Shown here in pieces: positions 27,361-41,445 of a stretch of 64,000 nucleotides of DNA. The number at the start of each line of letters is the position of its first letter. Position 1 is the first letter of the stretch. The stretch is from Eledone cirrhosa (lineage: Eukaryota), in NCBI GenBank assembly GCA_964016885.1, contig OZ024742.1, forward strand, positions 17,360,001 through 17,424,000, given 5' to 3'. Both the position numbers and the translations under genes were made by a program. Under the pieces are notes generated by a model, which worked only from the letters and a program-made list of their open reading frames with translations, ran no database searches and was not told the DNA's origin.

Positions 27361-28041
27361 ATATATATATCAGTGTGTGCGATCAGTTATTCATGAATAA
27401 TGGTTAAACAGAGTTACAATAAAGTTCTCTGCCCAGAAGTTCAGTTTTATAGAGGCTAATATTATAGATTTATTATTGGTAATATGAAATAGATAATTGC
27501 TGGATGGCTTCCCAAACTATTGCCTTCAGTCAAATTATTTTATATATTGATTACCTGATGGAAGCACCTCAACATTCGTTCCCCACCTCTACTACCTAGA
27601 ACTCCCAAATGTTCATATCGATGTAAATAATTATACATACATACATACATACTGGTATACATCCATACATACAGGTATATATACATACAGGCATTCATAC
27701 ATACATAGCGTAGCCACCTAATTCATAGTCTACAAATGGCTGCGATAGCTGGCACCTTCAAAATTTACCAAAACATTCTTGCGATTCAAGAGATGACAAT
27801 TTCTTTTCTTTTACAACCTAGCCACTAGGAAGGTGGCCGGTCAAAAAATATACTCGAAATTAAGAGAAAGAGATAACATAGATACATACATACATACGTA
27901 CATACATACATACATACATACATACATACATACATACATACATACATACATACATACATACATACATACGTACATACAAGCATGCATACATACATACAGG
28001 TATACATATATACAGGTATACATACATATATATAGGTATAC

Positions 28042-29115
28042 ATGGTGGCTGCCAACTCGTTTTCGAGTACGGCCACTACTTTATATCCATGTAGGAGAAC
28101 CCCTACCGATGCGCTGAACGAGTGTGACTTTTTAGTCCAGCCAGCGACTTGAAAACTCTAGTACAAACACTACACTTGTGACAATTATTGACACATAGTG
28201 CTGGGCCCATGGTACCATGTGATGACAAGTGCAGAGAGATCTCCAGATATAAAGCAATGCCTGTGCCGTGAAGCTTTTATAGTGAGCAAAGGCAGTGCAC
28301 AAAGCCAGTCCCACTCTCTTAACCAAGATGATATTTACCAAAAAGAAGAACAAGTCAACATCATTGGATACCATCAGGGTTGCAGGTGTTATATCAGACT
28401 TTTCCTTCTCCCAGAATTCTGCCTTGACAAAGGCTAAGGGGTCATCTCTCCCGGTGATTTTGGATGGCCATTGACTCTTAAGATACATACATACATACAT
28501 ACATGGTGGCTGCCAACTCGTTTTCGAGTACGGCCACTACTTTATATCCATGTAGGAGAACCCCTACCGATGCGCTGAACGAGTGTGACTTTTTAGTCCA
28601 GCCAGCGACTTGAAAACTCTGGTACAAACACTACACTTGTGACAATTACTGACACATAGTGCTGGGCCCATGGTACCATGTGACGACAAGTGCAGAGAGA
28701 TCTCCAGATATAAAGCAATGCCTGTGCCGTGAAGCTTTTATAGTGAGCAAAGGCACTGCACAAAGCCAGTCCCACTCTCTTAACCAAGATGATATTTACC
28801 AAAAAGAAGAACAAGTCAACATCATTGGATACCATCAGGGTTGCAGGTGTTATATCAGAGTTTTCCTTCTCCTATAATTTTGCCTTGACAAAGGCTAAGG
28901 GGTCATCTCTCCCGGTGATTTTGGATGGCCATTGACTCTTAAGAGCTCCTTTGCCCTTTGACAGGTTTTGTTTTTAGTCCTGCAGGATGTCCAAAGTCAC
29001 CCTCCTCACCAAGAAACCTTGGTGGGGTTGCCAGTTTAGTCGCCAACGACCCGACCATGGGACAGGTTGTACTGGGATACATGTTACCAGTAGCACCAAC
29101 TGGTGACCTGACATA
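28042..29115 (-). mobile_element. Partially tandem-duplicated non-coding retroposon with (ATGT)n tail (units 28042-28483 and 28502-28943, plus 5' extension to ~29115)
   Basis: Two ~440-bp near-identical units, each ending on the minus strand in a ctcg-aaaa-cgag hairpin followed by (ATGT)n. Diverged relatives at 30661-31030 and 31075-31270. Confidence 0.75.
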
Positions 29116-29249
29116 ATACATACATACAGGCATACATACATACATGCATGCATGCATGCATGCATGCATGCATACATACATACATACATACATACATACA
29201 TACATACATACATACATACATACATACATACATACATACATACAGGTAT

Positions 29250-30335
29250 ACAGGGGCCTAACATCAGTTCAGACAGCATTTGAATGTCGCATCATATCCC
29301 TCTGACAACATCTACGAACCTCGAAGCGTAGGAGCCCGTCTATCGAGCAAGTCTATCTGCATGAAACAGATAAGATCATGAGAGTTGGGAAGGAACTCCT
29401 CGAGAGATATTCCCTGTGTGATAATCAAAGACTCACACCCATGGAAGTCGCTCAGCAGTATCGCAGTGAATCCATGGATGAAAAACTGCATGCTTATCAG
29501 CAAAAATCATGCATGGATATGTTGCCAGGAAGCTCCAGAGTGAGAGTAATATAGATAAGGAAAGTAGTCTATCTTGAACCAACAACCGCTATATTGACTC
29601 CCACTTTGAAGGATACGCTTTTGCAATCCAAGAACAGGAGATTAACACGAAATACCTGATTCACAAAAGAGATAAGGTTGCAGGCAAAACACCTAGATGT
29701 GATAAGTGCAGACTCTGCAGAACTAACATCGCAGATATCACCCATGATAACTAACATCGCAGATATCACCTATGATATGGGCAGCTGTCCAAAGATGTAA
29801 TCGCGATACTATCTACCTATGAGGCATGATGTAGCGGCCAAAACATTGTACAATGCAATCCGTAAAAAAGAAAGCCCCGATAATAAACACATTAAAAGCT
29901 ACAGGAATGTGGAAGACATCCATGTACATAATATGAAAGAGTACTGGTGGAATGTTCCAGTAAAAACGCCAATAAAATGCAGGCATAACAGACCAGATAT
30001 TATGATATGGAACAGGGAGAGGAAAACATGAATAGTAGTGGAAATTAGCTGCCCAGCAGATGCCAATATAATATCAAAGATTAGTGAAAAGGAGAATATT
30101 TATGCAGAACTGATGAGAAATCTGCAGATACTCCACCCTGATTACACCTTCAGATTTATGCCTGTGATTATTGGGGCACTGGGGTATGTTAGTAACTGCC
30201 ACAATACAAATCTTGAGACCCTAGGATTCTCAGGAACAGAAAGAACGCAACTAGTTAGGAAATTACAAGTACAATCCATTAATGGAACAGTAAAAATATG
30301 TAAAACATTCCAAAAATGTTTGCATCTAATAACTG
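29250..30335 (+). mobile_element. 3' fragment of a restriction-like-endonuclease non-LTR retrotransposon (R4/Dong-like)
   Basis: SCPK..RYYLPMRHDVAAK, YWWN, HNRPDIMIW, EISCPAD, KENIY and PVIIGALG correspond to the CCHC/RHD and PD-(D/E)xK RLE motifs. In-frame stops are present and the fragment is flanked by (TACA)n. Confidence 0.88.
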
Positions 30336-30628
30336 CATATACACATGTACATATACACATGCACACATACAAATCAAAACATCCACATCCACACATACAA
30401 TAACATCCATATCTACACATGCAGACATACATACATATCTACCTAGTTGATGTTGTGTAAATTTCAATGAGAGAGTCTTGTGTCTATGTTAGAAACCGAC
30501 TCTCTCTCTATTGGGAAAACTTTGTGAAATTATAAAACCAGAAAAACATACATACATACATACATAAATACAGACAGGCATACATACATACATACATACA
30601 TACATACATACATACATACATACATACA

Positions 30629-30660
<32 letters not shown>

Positions 30661-32039
30661 CATGATGACTACAACTCGATTTCAAGTAATGTCATCACTT
30701 GATACTTAAACATGAGCATCACGGTCGTGGCTTTTTAGTCCTGCTAGGGACTTGCTGATGGCCAGCATCACCATGCAACGCAGAAAATGTCACATATCAA
30801 GCAATGCCTGTGCTTGATGCTTTTTTTTTTTAAAGTGACAAAAGGCTTTGCACGGGACCAACCCCATTCTCTGAACATCGAATGCATTTACCCCAAAAGT
30901 AGAACTGGTCTACATCATTGGATGCTAACAAAGTCGCAGGTTTTACATTAGTGACCTTCTCCTAGAGAGATGTCTTAATGAAGACTAAAGGTCTCTCACT
31001 TCACTGCCCACTTCAAACAAAAAATAAAGATACATACATACATAAAGAGATACATGCATACATACATACATACATGATGGCTGACCCCTCATTATCGAGT
31101 ATGACCATTACACGATATACCATTATTAATAACTATTAATTAATTCTATCGTGCAATGCCTGTGCGTGAAGATATTTTTTAAAGTGAGGAAAGACTGTGC
31201 ACTGAGCCAATCCCACTCTCTGAGCGACAGTAGCTATAACCCGAAAAGAAGAAAAGATCAACATCATCAACAACATACATACATACAGGCGTCGCATTGG
31301 TAGATTCGTTAAAGCGATGGATTAAATATCTTGAGTTATTTGTTCTGCTTCTCTTCATTTTGAATTCAAATCCTGCCGTGGTCAACTTACTTTAACATTC
31401 GCATGAGAAGTACATCTTTGACATGAAGAGAATGTCAGCTTTATTGGAACCATTAATAACATCTGATTAGTGATGAATACTCCAAAACTGTACCAAATAT
31501 ACAGCCTCCACCCAGCATATAACAACACCTTTGTAGTGCCTATCCTGAAACCTGCAGACTGAATTGATCATTACAAGAACTGAAGATTGATGTCAGAATC
31601 GGGAAACGGTTCTGTGTTAGTGGAAATTTCAATATAAGCAGCAATGTATGTTCTCAATATATCCTACGCAAGATGAGTTGCCGTGACATTAAATCAATTT
31701 TCACATTATAAAAGACCCAATAACAACTCTGAAGCAACATTTCTAGTAGGGAACAAATACACAGAAACTATCTCCTTCACGTTTTCAAACATGAAATTAA
31801 AAATACCATTAGACTAGCTCATAGGCCCGAGGAGAGACATGATATAAAATCTGACACAGATCTCTCTCCAAAGAACATTGAGAAATCCTACTTAACACTA
31901 CAACATAATATAGACCTGTTCACTGAAAAAATTACACATAGGTACTTGAAACGAAACGTACCGAACTCAGAAAAAATAAATCGCACTAAAAGCTTTGTAA
32001 AAAGTATTGAAAAGAGTACCATAGTTCACTTTAAATTCT

Positions 32040-32520
32040 AACTTCTTCCAATCCAAGGGCAAGAAATCTCTATTAGGTGACTTCTACACAAAGCTAGAAA
32101 ACGAATGTAGACTGTGGAAAACCAAATTAAAAAAAGAAACCATTAGCCACAGCATTACTCAGTGAATGTCATCTAAATACTACCTTCCAATTCAGCAGTG
32201 GAGCAATTGAGAATAGTATAAGAGGAAACCAACAACGAATAAAAACGAAATTTGTGAAACCGAATATTCAATGGATTACTGGTGGAACCTACAAATAATA
32301 ACAGCAAACAAAATATAGTACAATCGATCTGATACTGTTATTTAGAATCACAATACAAACACATGCCCAGTGCAATTAGATATATGCTTGACGTCATGAA
32401 GAGTACATGAGAATGAAATTACATATGTATAATTGAGATGAAGACTGAAGATCAAGTCTTGGAAATGTACTTTAAGCTTTACATCTATTATAACTGGAGC
32501 AAAGGAACATGTACTGACTC
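32040..32520 (+). pseudogene. Older decayed copy of an RLE-type LINE 3' region
   Basis: Residual DYWWN and NRSD motifs are collinear with the copy at 29940-30000. Confidence 0.45.
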
Positions 32521-33722
32521 GATTGTATTAAAGTGTGAAATACATTCTCGCTAATCAATGCCAGTAAGATTGATGCCGTAAAGTTTCACTTAAGTTGTTG
32601 CAACTGAACAACAGTTGGAAAGATATATAGAGTAGGATAATTACAGAAGACTGACGTTATTTGTTAGTTTGAGGTTGGCCACAATATGGGTGATGAGAGG
32701 AGGAGAAAATATTAAGGCGTGAGTGCTTGAGTGCGGGTAGTACGAGAATAACCAACTCCAAAAAGCAGAGGCTATTGTAGTAGTAGAAGAAACTGATAGT
32801 AGAGGTGGGTACAGAAGTAGAAAAACCAGAAAGATGTGACAGATTTATAGATCGGAGGGTTGGGTTTATATCTAAGTGACAGGATTCCAGTCCCTGGAAA
32901 GGGTCTGCGATGTTTGTGTGTGTAGCACCAACACTTTCCTACATGATATCGGAGCAGTAATCCATTGTGTGTCTCTCCCAGGTTTTCTAGTAATTGTTCG
33001 GTATTAAATTAATTTCAGGCATTGAAGAAAAGTTACAACTTGAAATGCCATCTGAGCAATATTAAGGCGGCAATTTGGTAGTCATTGAAAAATGCTTTGC
33101 TATTTGTTCTGGGTCACTACACTCTAAGGTCCAATCTTGCCGGCGTTAACTTCCCTTTTCATCCTTTTGATTTGAAATTTCTGGTTACGTATGCGAATTA
33201 TAAAATAAAAAAAGCCCACTTTGATTTAGTCTGTTTTATTGAAAAGCAGCAACAAATATATCGTGGTAAGAATATGTCAGTCAGAAAGGACAGAGGCCCG
33301 TCGTACACACAAACATATATATAAATATATATATATGTGTATGTATGTATGTGTAGTGTATATATGTATGTGTAGCAATATACTGTATGTTTAATTGAAA
33401 ATATTTTGAAGACCATTCGCTATGAGTTTTAAAGTAATGACTATGTCACTAACTTATTCTCGGCAAAACGAATAACAGACGCTCTGACTGGAAAATATGC
33501 TTTAAATTTTTAACACGGAATCAAAATTGTAAAGCATATTTTCCAGTCCGGCCTTCTGTTGTCGCTTATTAAATACTTTACTCCGTTCCTGCACCAACCA
33601 GTGGATACCACATCTACGATGGATGACTTGTATAACGTTGAGTGCTTTGATTGATTTGTTACATCATGATTTGCCTACCAGAACCACCAGTTCTACCTGC
33701 TCTTAATCAAAATAACTTACAT

Positions 33723-33822
<100 letters not shown>

Positions 33823-33968
33823 AACTCTGCTTCGAGGGATTGAGACGTATCTGAAGAACTTGCGATTTCAGAGTCAGGTTCGATCATCGCATCGATCGTG
33901 ACTCGAGCTGGTCGCCAGAGAAACGATTGTAATATATCTAATATAATCTAATTCGTCGCACCACTTAT

Positions 33969-34012
<44 letters not shown>

Positions 34013-34717
34013 ACTGTCTTAGACATCTCTCTGTTGACGTCTAAAATGCTTTCAAACATTAGCTGGATTAGCAGTATCGGTAGAGCATCGAATATAAGTC
34101 TTTGTGTTATAGAACGTTTTTATGTTCTGCGACCAATCCCTGCTGCTGTCATCATTTCCGTTCATCCTACAGAGGTCGATATAATAAAGTATTTATTAAG
34201 TACTGGAACATATGTAATCGACTTCCCCTTCCTTCAGCTGGACCTGTGCCAAAATTAGAAATCAATATTTGGGCGTCTTCAAAAGCACGAGTAGCAATAA
34301 TATTTTTGCGATGATTCAGTTGAATGCATTTATTCGATTCCTAAAATTATTTCTGCACCTAAAGAAGCAATTATTATCGATAAGTTTTATTCAGGATTTT
34401 TCACTTCTTTCCTTTCTTAATATTTAATATTTTTTAACTGAATAACATCGAAGTTTCTTAATGTAGTTCATCCTCATTGATACATATGCTTTCGTAATAG
34501 ACTTTCTCACGCTTTCCAATTGATATTAACGCATATATGCATACACACATACATGCACACGTGTATACATATGTACGTGCGTGCATACATACATACATAT
34601 ATGCACACATACATGCATATATGCACACACGCATGCATATATGCATAGATGCATACATAGATAGATGCATACATACATAAATACATACATACATGTAGCT
34701 ATATATATATAATATAT

Positions 34718-34905
34718 AATTGTTTCTACGTTTGGCACAAGGCCAGCAATTACCCAGTGCATTACTGGTACTTTATTTTATCGACCCCGTAAGGATGAAA
34801 GGCAAAGTTAACCTCGGCGAGATTTGAACTCAGAATGGCAAGAGCCGTAACTCTATACGTCAAAGCATGGCGTCCGACCCTCTACCGATACTGCCAATCC
34901 ACCGC
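34718..34905 (-). mobile_element. SINE family 1 copy
   Basis: Reverse complement of the full SINE. Confidence 0.88.
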
Positions 34906-34910
34906 ATAAC

Positions 34911-35132
34911 GGAGGAGTTGTGGTAAGGAACCAGATGGATCATAACGCACCAGAGTACTCAATACTTAGGGTAGTTGAGTGGGTAATAGGAGAAAGTATG
35001 ACCCCGACGGCAGAGCTCAAGGCGTTTCGATGGCTATTTCTGGACTAAAGTAAGAGTTTAGTCTTACTTTAGTCCAGAAATAACCGTCGAAACGGCTTGA
35101 GCTCTGCCGTCGGGGTGATACTTTCTCCTATA
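34911..35132. mobile_element. Fold-back copy of family J
   Basis: Arms ~34987-35055 and 35062-35130 are inverted. Confidence 0.82.
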
Positions 35133-35398
35133 ATATATATATATAATGGTGGTGATGAATTTGTTTTGCGAGGTTTTTGATATGAAATCGTGTGTCGAAC
35201 AAATATTGTTATACTTGGGGAGGGTCATATTTGTGTAATATTGCCAGAAATAATAACAGAACACACTCACTGTTTGGTTGGTTTTCGCTTCTGTATCTTT
35301 TATATCGGTTAATTTATTCGGTCCTCAATGTTTAGCATTGTGTGTTCTGTTATTAATTCTGGCAATATTATTACAACAATATTACCCTCCCCAAGTAT

Positions 35399-35480
<82 letters not shown>

Positions 35481-36506
35481 ATGTATATGTGTGTGTATGT
35501 ATATATGTGTGTATGTATATATGTATATATATGTGTATGTATATATGTATGTATATATATATATATATATATATATAACGATATTAAACAAATGAAAACT
35601 ATATTTATAAAACCATATTTATTTCGTTATATATATTTCTGGGATATCATATTAAAAATATGGTATGCCTTTCTCAGACAAAATACAATACATAAGCTGT
35701 TTTATAAATAATTTTGACATACCTTATAATAATGCAACTTCCATTTAAAAAGTTGATTTGGTAGTGAAACTGTTATGACAGTTATATAGAAAGAAAAACG
35801 AAGATGAAAAGAAGAAGATGAAGAGATGTATGTAAATAAAAAAGAAGATGAAGAGATGTATGTAAAGAAAAACAACAGAGCGAGATAGAGAGAGAAGGAG
35901 ATATGGGAGAGAGAAATACATTGAGGAAGTGAAAAAATATAGTAGGCAGCTTTTGGACAGATGATCATCGTATATGTGATAGGTTAAGGAGGGAAGGAAT
36001 ACAGTTAAACTAGCCGACACATAAATCACGTCCAGTGTAGAGGAGAAAAAGAAAGAAAGATGATATATTTAAAATATATTAAAAATATATTATGTCTCAT
36101 CCATTTGAATTATCAATTTTTATGAATTAGGTATTATAATGTAAATATCAGTATTCATGAATGAGACACATATCCATAATGTGTGAAAAAATGACCCCAT
36201 GCTTAGTTTAAAAATTCTTAGGTCTATAAGCAAAATCTGAGATAAAACTTCAAACATAAGTATATATGCATTCTCATGAAAAAAGAAAAAGAGAAAAGAG
36301 AAGGTTATCTCAAATTCAAGTTGATAATTATAGACACACATGTGAACTTACGTGATATGCTCCACAGATTCTTATATTTCATTAAAATCTTCATTGCGTT
36401 ACAAAAGATTTCACCCTACACATATTTACATACATATATATATAGACATACAATATATAAGATATACATTAACATTTAAAGTAACATTCCTGCCTCACTT
36501 GCATGA

Positions 36507-36824
36507 TTATCCTCGACAGAATTTAAACTTCGCTATAATAATCACAAAAATTCTTTCACGGATCCAAATAAAAAATCTTCAACATCGCTGTCAGGCTTAC
36601 TCTGGCAACTTAAACATGATAAAGTTGGATATTCGATGGTTTGGAATATAGTCTCAAAAGGGATTCCTTTTAATTCCTCTTCTGAGACATGTGTCCTCTG
36701 CGCGGAGGAGATATTCTTTATACTAAAATCTAAAAATTCCCTTAATTTACGAACCAATTTATTCAGCTGCTGCAGACATAGATTGAACTCAACTTTTAAA
36801 TATAAATATAAATTTAAAATGTAG
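36507..36824 (+). pseudogene. Penelope-like GIY-YIG endonuclease, C-terminal half (5'-truncated)
   Basis: In-frame translation STEFKLRYNNHKNSFTDPNKKSSTSLSGLLWQLKHDKVGYSMVWNIVSKGIPFNSSSETCVLCAEEIFFILKSKNSLNLRTNLFSCCRHR contains the FKxRYxNH, WxLK, CxLC and CRH signatures. Confidence 0.85.
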
Positions 36825-38047
36825 TATAAAATGTAGTATATTTACTTAAGATATTTAACTATTTATGAAACTTGGCGATAAATCTTTCGATTCATTCAAC
36901 TTTTTTTTAAACCTTTCTGCATGAATATATAATTAATGAGATTAAATAAACTACCCTAAAATTGGCGATGTTCCCAATCTTTTGAATAAATTTTTAAGCT
37001 GGATAAACTTCTATAATAAATATAAGAGCATTTGTAGAATAAGTTTTGAATGATTTCTGCTAAATAAGGTTTGGTGAACAATTTTGGTTTTGTTTGCTTT
37101 TGATTCTGATTTTATGTGACTGATATGCGTGGCATACTATGTTCTCTTGCGTCCCTAGATACTCTGTGGAGTGACGAAGATATTCCTGGCGTTTTTAATT
37201 TTTAATATTGATATCTGTTGTCTATTCTATGCTTGATCGATAATCATGCAAGTGAGGCAGGAATGTTACTTTAAATGTTAATGTATATCTTATATATTGT
37301 ATGTCTATATATATATGTATGTAAATATGTGTAGGGTGGAATCTTTTGTAACGCAATGAAGATTTTAATGAAATATAAGAATCTGTGGAGCATATCACGT
37401 AAGTTCACATGTGTGTCTATAATTATCAACTTGAATTTGAGATAACCTTCTCTTTTCTCTTTTTCTTTTTTCATGAGAATGCATATATACTTATGTTTGA
37501 AGTTTTATCTCAGATTTTGCTTATAGACCTAAGAATTTTTAAACTAAGCATGGGGTCATTTTTTCACACATTCATGAATACTGATATTTACATTATAATA
37601 CCTAATTCATAAAATTTGATAATTCAAATGGATGAGACATAATATATTTTTAATATATTTTAAATATATCATCTTTCTTTCTTTGTCTCCTCTACACTGG
37701 ACGTGATTTATGTGTCGGCTAGTTTAACTGTATCCCTTCCCTCCTTAACCTCTCACATATACGATGATCATCTGTCCAAAAGCTGCCTACTATATTTTTT
37801 CACTTCCTCAATGTATTTCTCTCTCCCATATCTCCTTCTCTCTCTATCTCACTATGTTGTTTTTCTTTACATACATCTCTTCATCTTCTTCTTTTTTATT
37901 TACATACATCTCTTCATCTTCTTCTTTTCATCTTCGTTTTTCTTTCTATATAACTGTCATAAGTTTCACTACCAAATCAACTTTTTAAATGGAAGTTGCA
38001 TTATTATAAGGTATGTCAAAATCATTTATAAAACAGCTTATGTATTG

Positions 38048-38113
38048 TATTTTGTCTGAGGAAGGCATACCATATTTTTAATATGATATCCCAGAAATAT
38101 ATATAACGAAATA
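38048..38113 (+). ncRNA. Type I hammerhead ribozyme (CUGAGGA core, AUA site); the mirror copy at 35620-35685 (-) has CUGAGAA
   Basis: tattttgt-CTGAGGA-[aggcataccatatt..aatatgatatccca]-GAAA-tatata-TA-acgaaata, with an 8-bp stem I. Confidence 0.8.
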
Positions 38114-38300
38114 AATATGGTTTTATAAATATAGTTTCCATTTGTTTAATATCGTAAACCTACTCCAGAAACTGTTGAGTGCTTTTATATCAGTTATAAA
38201 ATATTTACTCGTTGTAACCCAACAATTTTAAATAAAACTTTTGCATATATATATATATATACATATATATGTATGTGTGTGTGTATATATATATATATAT

Positions 38301-38890
38301 ATAAACGGAAAAAATGAAACGAAATTCCATTTCTCACTCTTAGTACGGCTGTTACTTAAATATAAGTATGTATACGTACATACATATATGTATACAGACG
38401 TACAGTAGTATGTATATACATACATGCGCACATATATATATGTACGTATGGATTTACCGAACATTTATTATAATGCTCGGTGTGTTTGTAAACAAACATC
38501 CCGAATTAAGCCGTACAGTGTTTAGCAACCATCGTTGCTCTTTTGTTTAACACTGAAAAAGGAACCATGTACTAGTTTCAAGCTTATTAGCTATCGTCAG
38601 CACCATATACCTTCCTGCCAGATGATTGAACGTCTGAAAGTATGTACTTTCCTTATGCATATTAACGGCTTGAAACTAGTACATCGTTCCTTTGTCAGTG
38701 TTGAACAAAAGAGCAACGATGGTTGCTAGACACTGTATGGCTTAATTCGGGATGTTTGTATAAACACACCGAGCATTATAATAAATGTTCGGTAAATCCA
38801 TACGTACATATATTTATGTGTGCATGTATGTATATATATATACATACTACTGTACGTCTGTATACATATATGTATGTACGTATACATACT

Positions 38891-38895
<5 letters not shown>
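38301..38895. mobile_element. Fold-back copy of family A, with an intact hammerhead core on the minus strand at 38565-38606
   Basis: Homologous to 11073-11703 but with a different inversion junction (right arm starts ~38668). Confidence 0.85.
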
Positions 38896-38922
<27 letters not shown>

Positions 38923-39076
38923 GTTGCCATATATTTATCTATCCCAGATGCTATAAAGATGTTCAATTATATTTTATATAATTATTCTACAATAAATTAT
39001 TCGAAATCTGTCGATGGATGACACTTCATTTACTGGTCAATTCTGTCTTGTTATCGATTAATGTAAATATTACCTG

Positions 39077-39168
<92 letters not shown>

Positions 39169-39306
39169 TGTGTGTGTGTATGTATATATGTGTGTGTATC
39201 TGTATATATAATATTATATATATAAATATATCTATCCACCTATATATATATATATTTATATATATATTTATATATATATATATTTATATATACACATATA
39301 TATATA

Positions 39307-39339
<33 letters not shown>

Positions 39340-39348
39340 GTGTGTGTT

Positions 39349-39394
<46 letters not shown>

Positions 39395-39396
39395 AT

Positions 39397-39444
<48 letters not shown>

Positions 39445-39680
39445 AACGAGTAGGACCCCGACGGCTGAGCTCAAGCCGTTTCGAAGGCTAATTCTGGACT
39501 TCTGGATCTTCTGAAACTTCAGAAGATCCCGTTAAGGGGGAAAGCAGCGATTCTTTGCTTAAACTTTAATCTGTTATTAAAATAAATATTTGCTCTACGG
39601 TTCTTATATATTTGATATATATTTATCCTTATCGAGCCCTCTTTGGATTTTAGTCTTCAAATTTATTATTATTACTATGT

Positions 39681-39716
<36 letters not shown>

Positions 39717-40244
39717 ATATATATTATATTATATTATAGATATATTATATGCAGATAGACAACCAATTAGGGTGTTATATCCAACACAGAAATTAGTGGA
39801 TCTCAACTTATTCTGATGTAAGTACTCAACGTCCTGCAAAATCCCAGGGTACATCTGGTGTTCCAGGCAGAGTATATACAGTGAAGTATGTCTACGCATG
39901 ATGGGTTTTTGCAACGATTTATACGGACATTTTCTATTACAAATGTTTTGACGGGATCGATGACTCTACAGAGTGGCCTCAACAGATGTTCTTCCGAACA
40001 TTGTTTTATCGACCTCTGGTTCTCTACAGAACCTAGAATGGAGAGATAAGGGAACTGATAGAATTCAATCTCGTCTTCTTAATATCAGCTCCCCTATAAG
40101 CTAGCAACCATATCAATACTTCTTTATAGTGTTGTAGAGGATGTTACCCCCACCTCCTCCCTACTGCCACCTCTACCACAGAACCACGCCACCAGATATC
40201 GGTGACATTCCCGCCACTGGTCATTCTTGGTCACATTATAATCA

Positions 40245-40438
40245 TGTATTGGCAGTATAGGTAGAGGGTCGGATGCCATGCTTTGCAGGATCAAGTTACG
40301 GCCCTTGACGGTCTGAACTGAATTCAAATCTCTCCGAGGTTAACTTTGCTTTTCTTCCTTACGGGGTCGATAAAATAAAGTACCAGTAATGCACTGGAGT
40401 AATTGCTGGCCTTGTGCCAAAAAGTAGAAACAATTATA
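40245..40438 (+). mobile_element. SINE family 1 copy
   Basis: Head, core and tail motifs. Confidence 0.85.
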
Positions 40439-41359
40439 ATCACGTATACCAACTTTTAGCAGTTGTCAACTCTTGCATCACTCACTGTAGCCCCCATCGC
40501 ACTCATTCACCCCATCCATCCGGGGTCAGACCGAAGCAAACAGAGCACAATAATAGGTTAATATAGGACTAAAATTAGGAAACTATATACTAATATATAA
40601 CCCTAAACTAGGATTTCCTCTTAAACTCCAAAACTGCTTAATAAAATGAAATAAAGAAGAGAATATATGTGAATCTATTTATCTGTTAAACGGTCCATTT
40701 ACAGTAAATACATAAAAATAGATAAGTAGATAAGTGTTGATGTTCTTTCTCTTTCACTCACTGCCTCCGTCTCTTTCACTCTCCCTACCTCTCTCTTTCA
40801 CTCACTGCCTCCGTCTCTCTCACTCTCCCCATCTCACACTATTATATGTAAGTGGGAACCCATGCTCTGGCTGCCCCGTGGGTACGACAGACAGAATAGC
40901 GAAGGCATTTTCCCCCCAAAGATGGTGGAGGGAGGACGCTTTGGAAGAGCCATTCCAGCTCACGATGCTCACACCTGTGGGTAGCCAACTCTGTGCTGAT
41001 TTTGGTGCATAGGCAGGTGCTTCTAAGGCCAAAACCACCAGAGGTCTCCACTGATACGAGCTCGACAGCAAACCTGTCAGAGAGCGACTGATATTTGGAG
41101 GGTTCGCCCCGCTCGACCCGAAATGCAAGTGGTTCACTATCCATGCAGTTAACTGGTAGAATAAATGGCTAAGAGATGTATTACTTTACGAATCTAATTG
41201 GAGCGGTTTTCACCAACTTGTCTACTCGCAGTTATAGTCCGAACTTAAAACAACCACACGACTAGCTGCGGAGCTGGGTCCCTGGATTTTACAGGATGAG
41301 GATACTATTAGAGAGAGGTGGAGTGAGAGGGGGGAGGGGTGGTGTGAGAGGATGAGGGA

Positions 41360-41392
<33 letters not shown>

Positions 41393-41403
41393 CCCCCCCA
41401 CAT

Positions 41404-41445
<42 letters not shown>

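Larger units (their letters stand above)
35578..38245 (+). mobile_element. 5'-truncated Penelope-like retroelement with a ~930-bp inverted terminal duplication
   Basis: 35578-36511 is the reverse complement of 37239-38155. The interior encodes a GIY-YIG C-terminus, each arm carries a hammerhead, and TA tracts flank both ends. Confidence 0.9.

Noticed and set aside
28132-28877. Duplicated 72-122 aa ORFs
   Set aside because: They lie in a repeated non-coding retroposon, and the frames are not kept in diverged relatives at 30661-31270.
40869-41010. HDV-like ribozyme
   Set aside because: A P1-like helix is present, but L3 is too short and no P1.1 GG follows.
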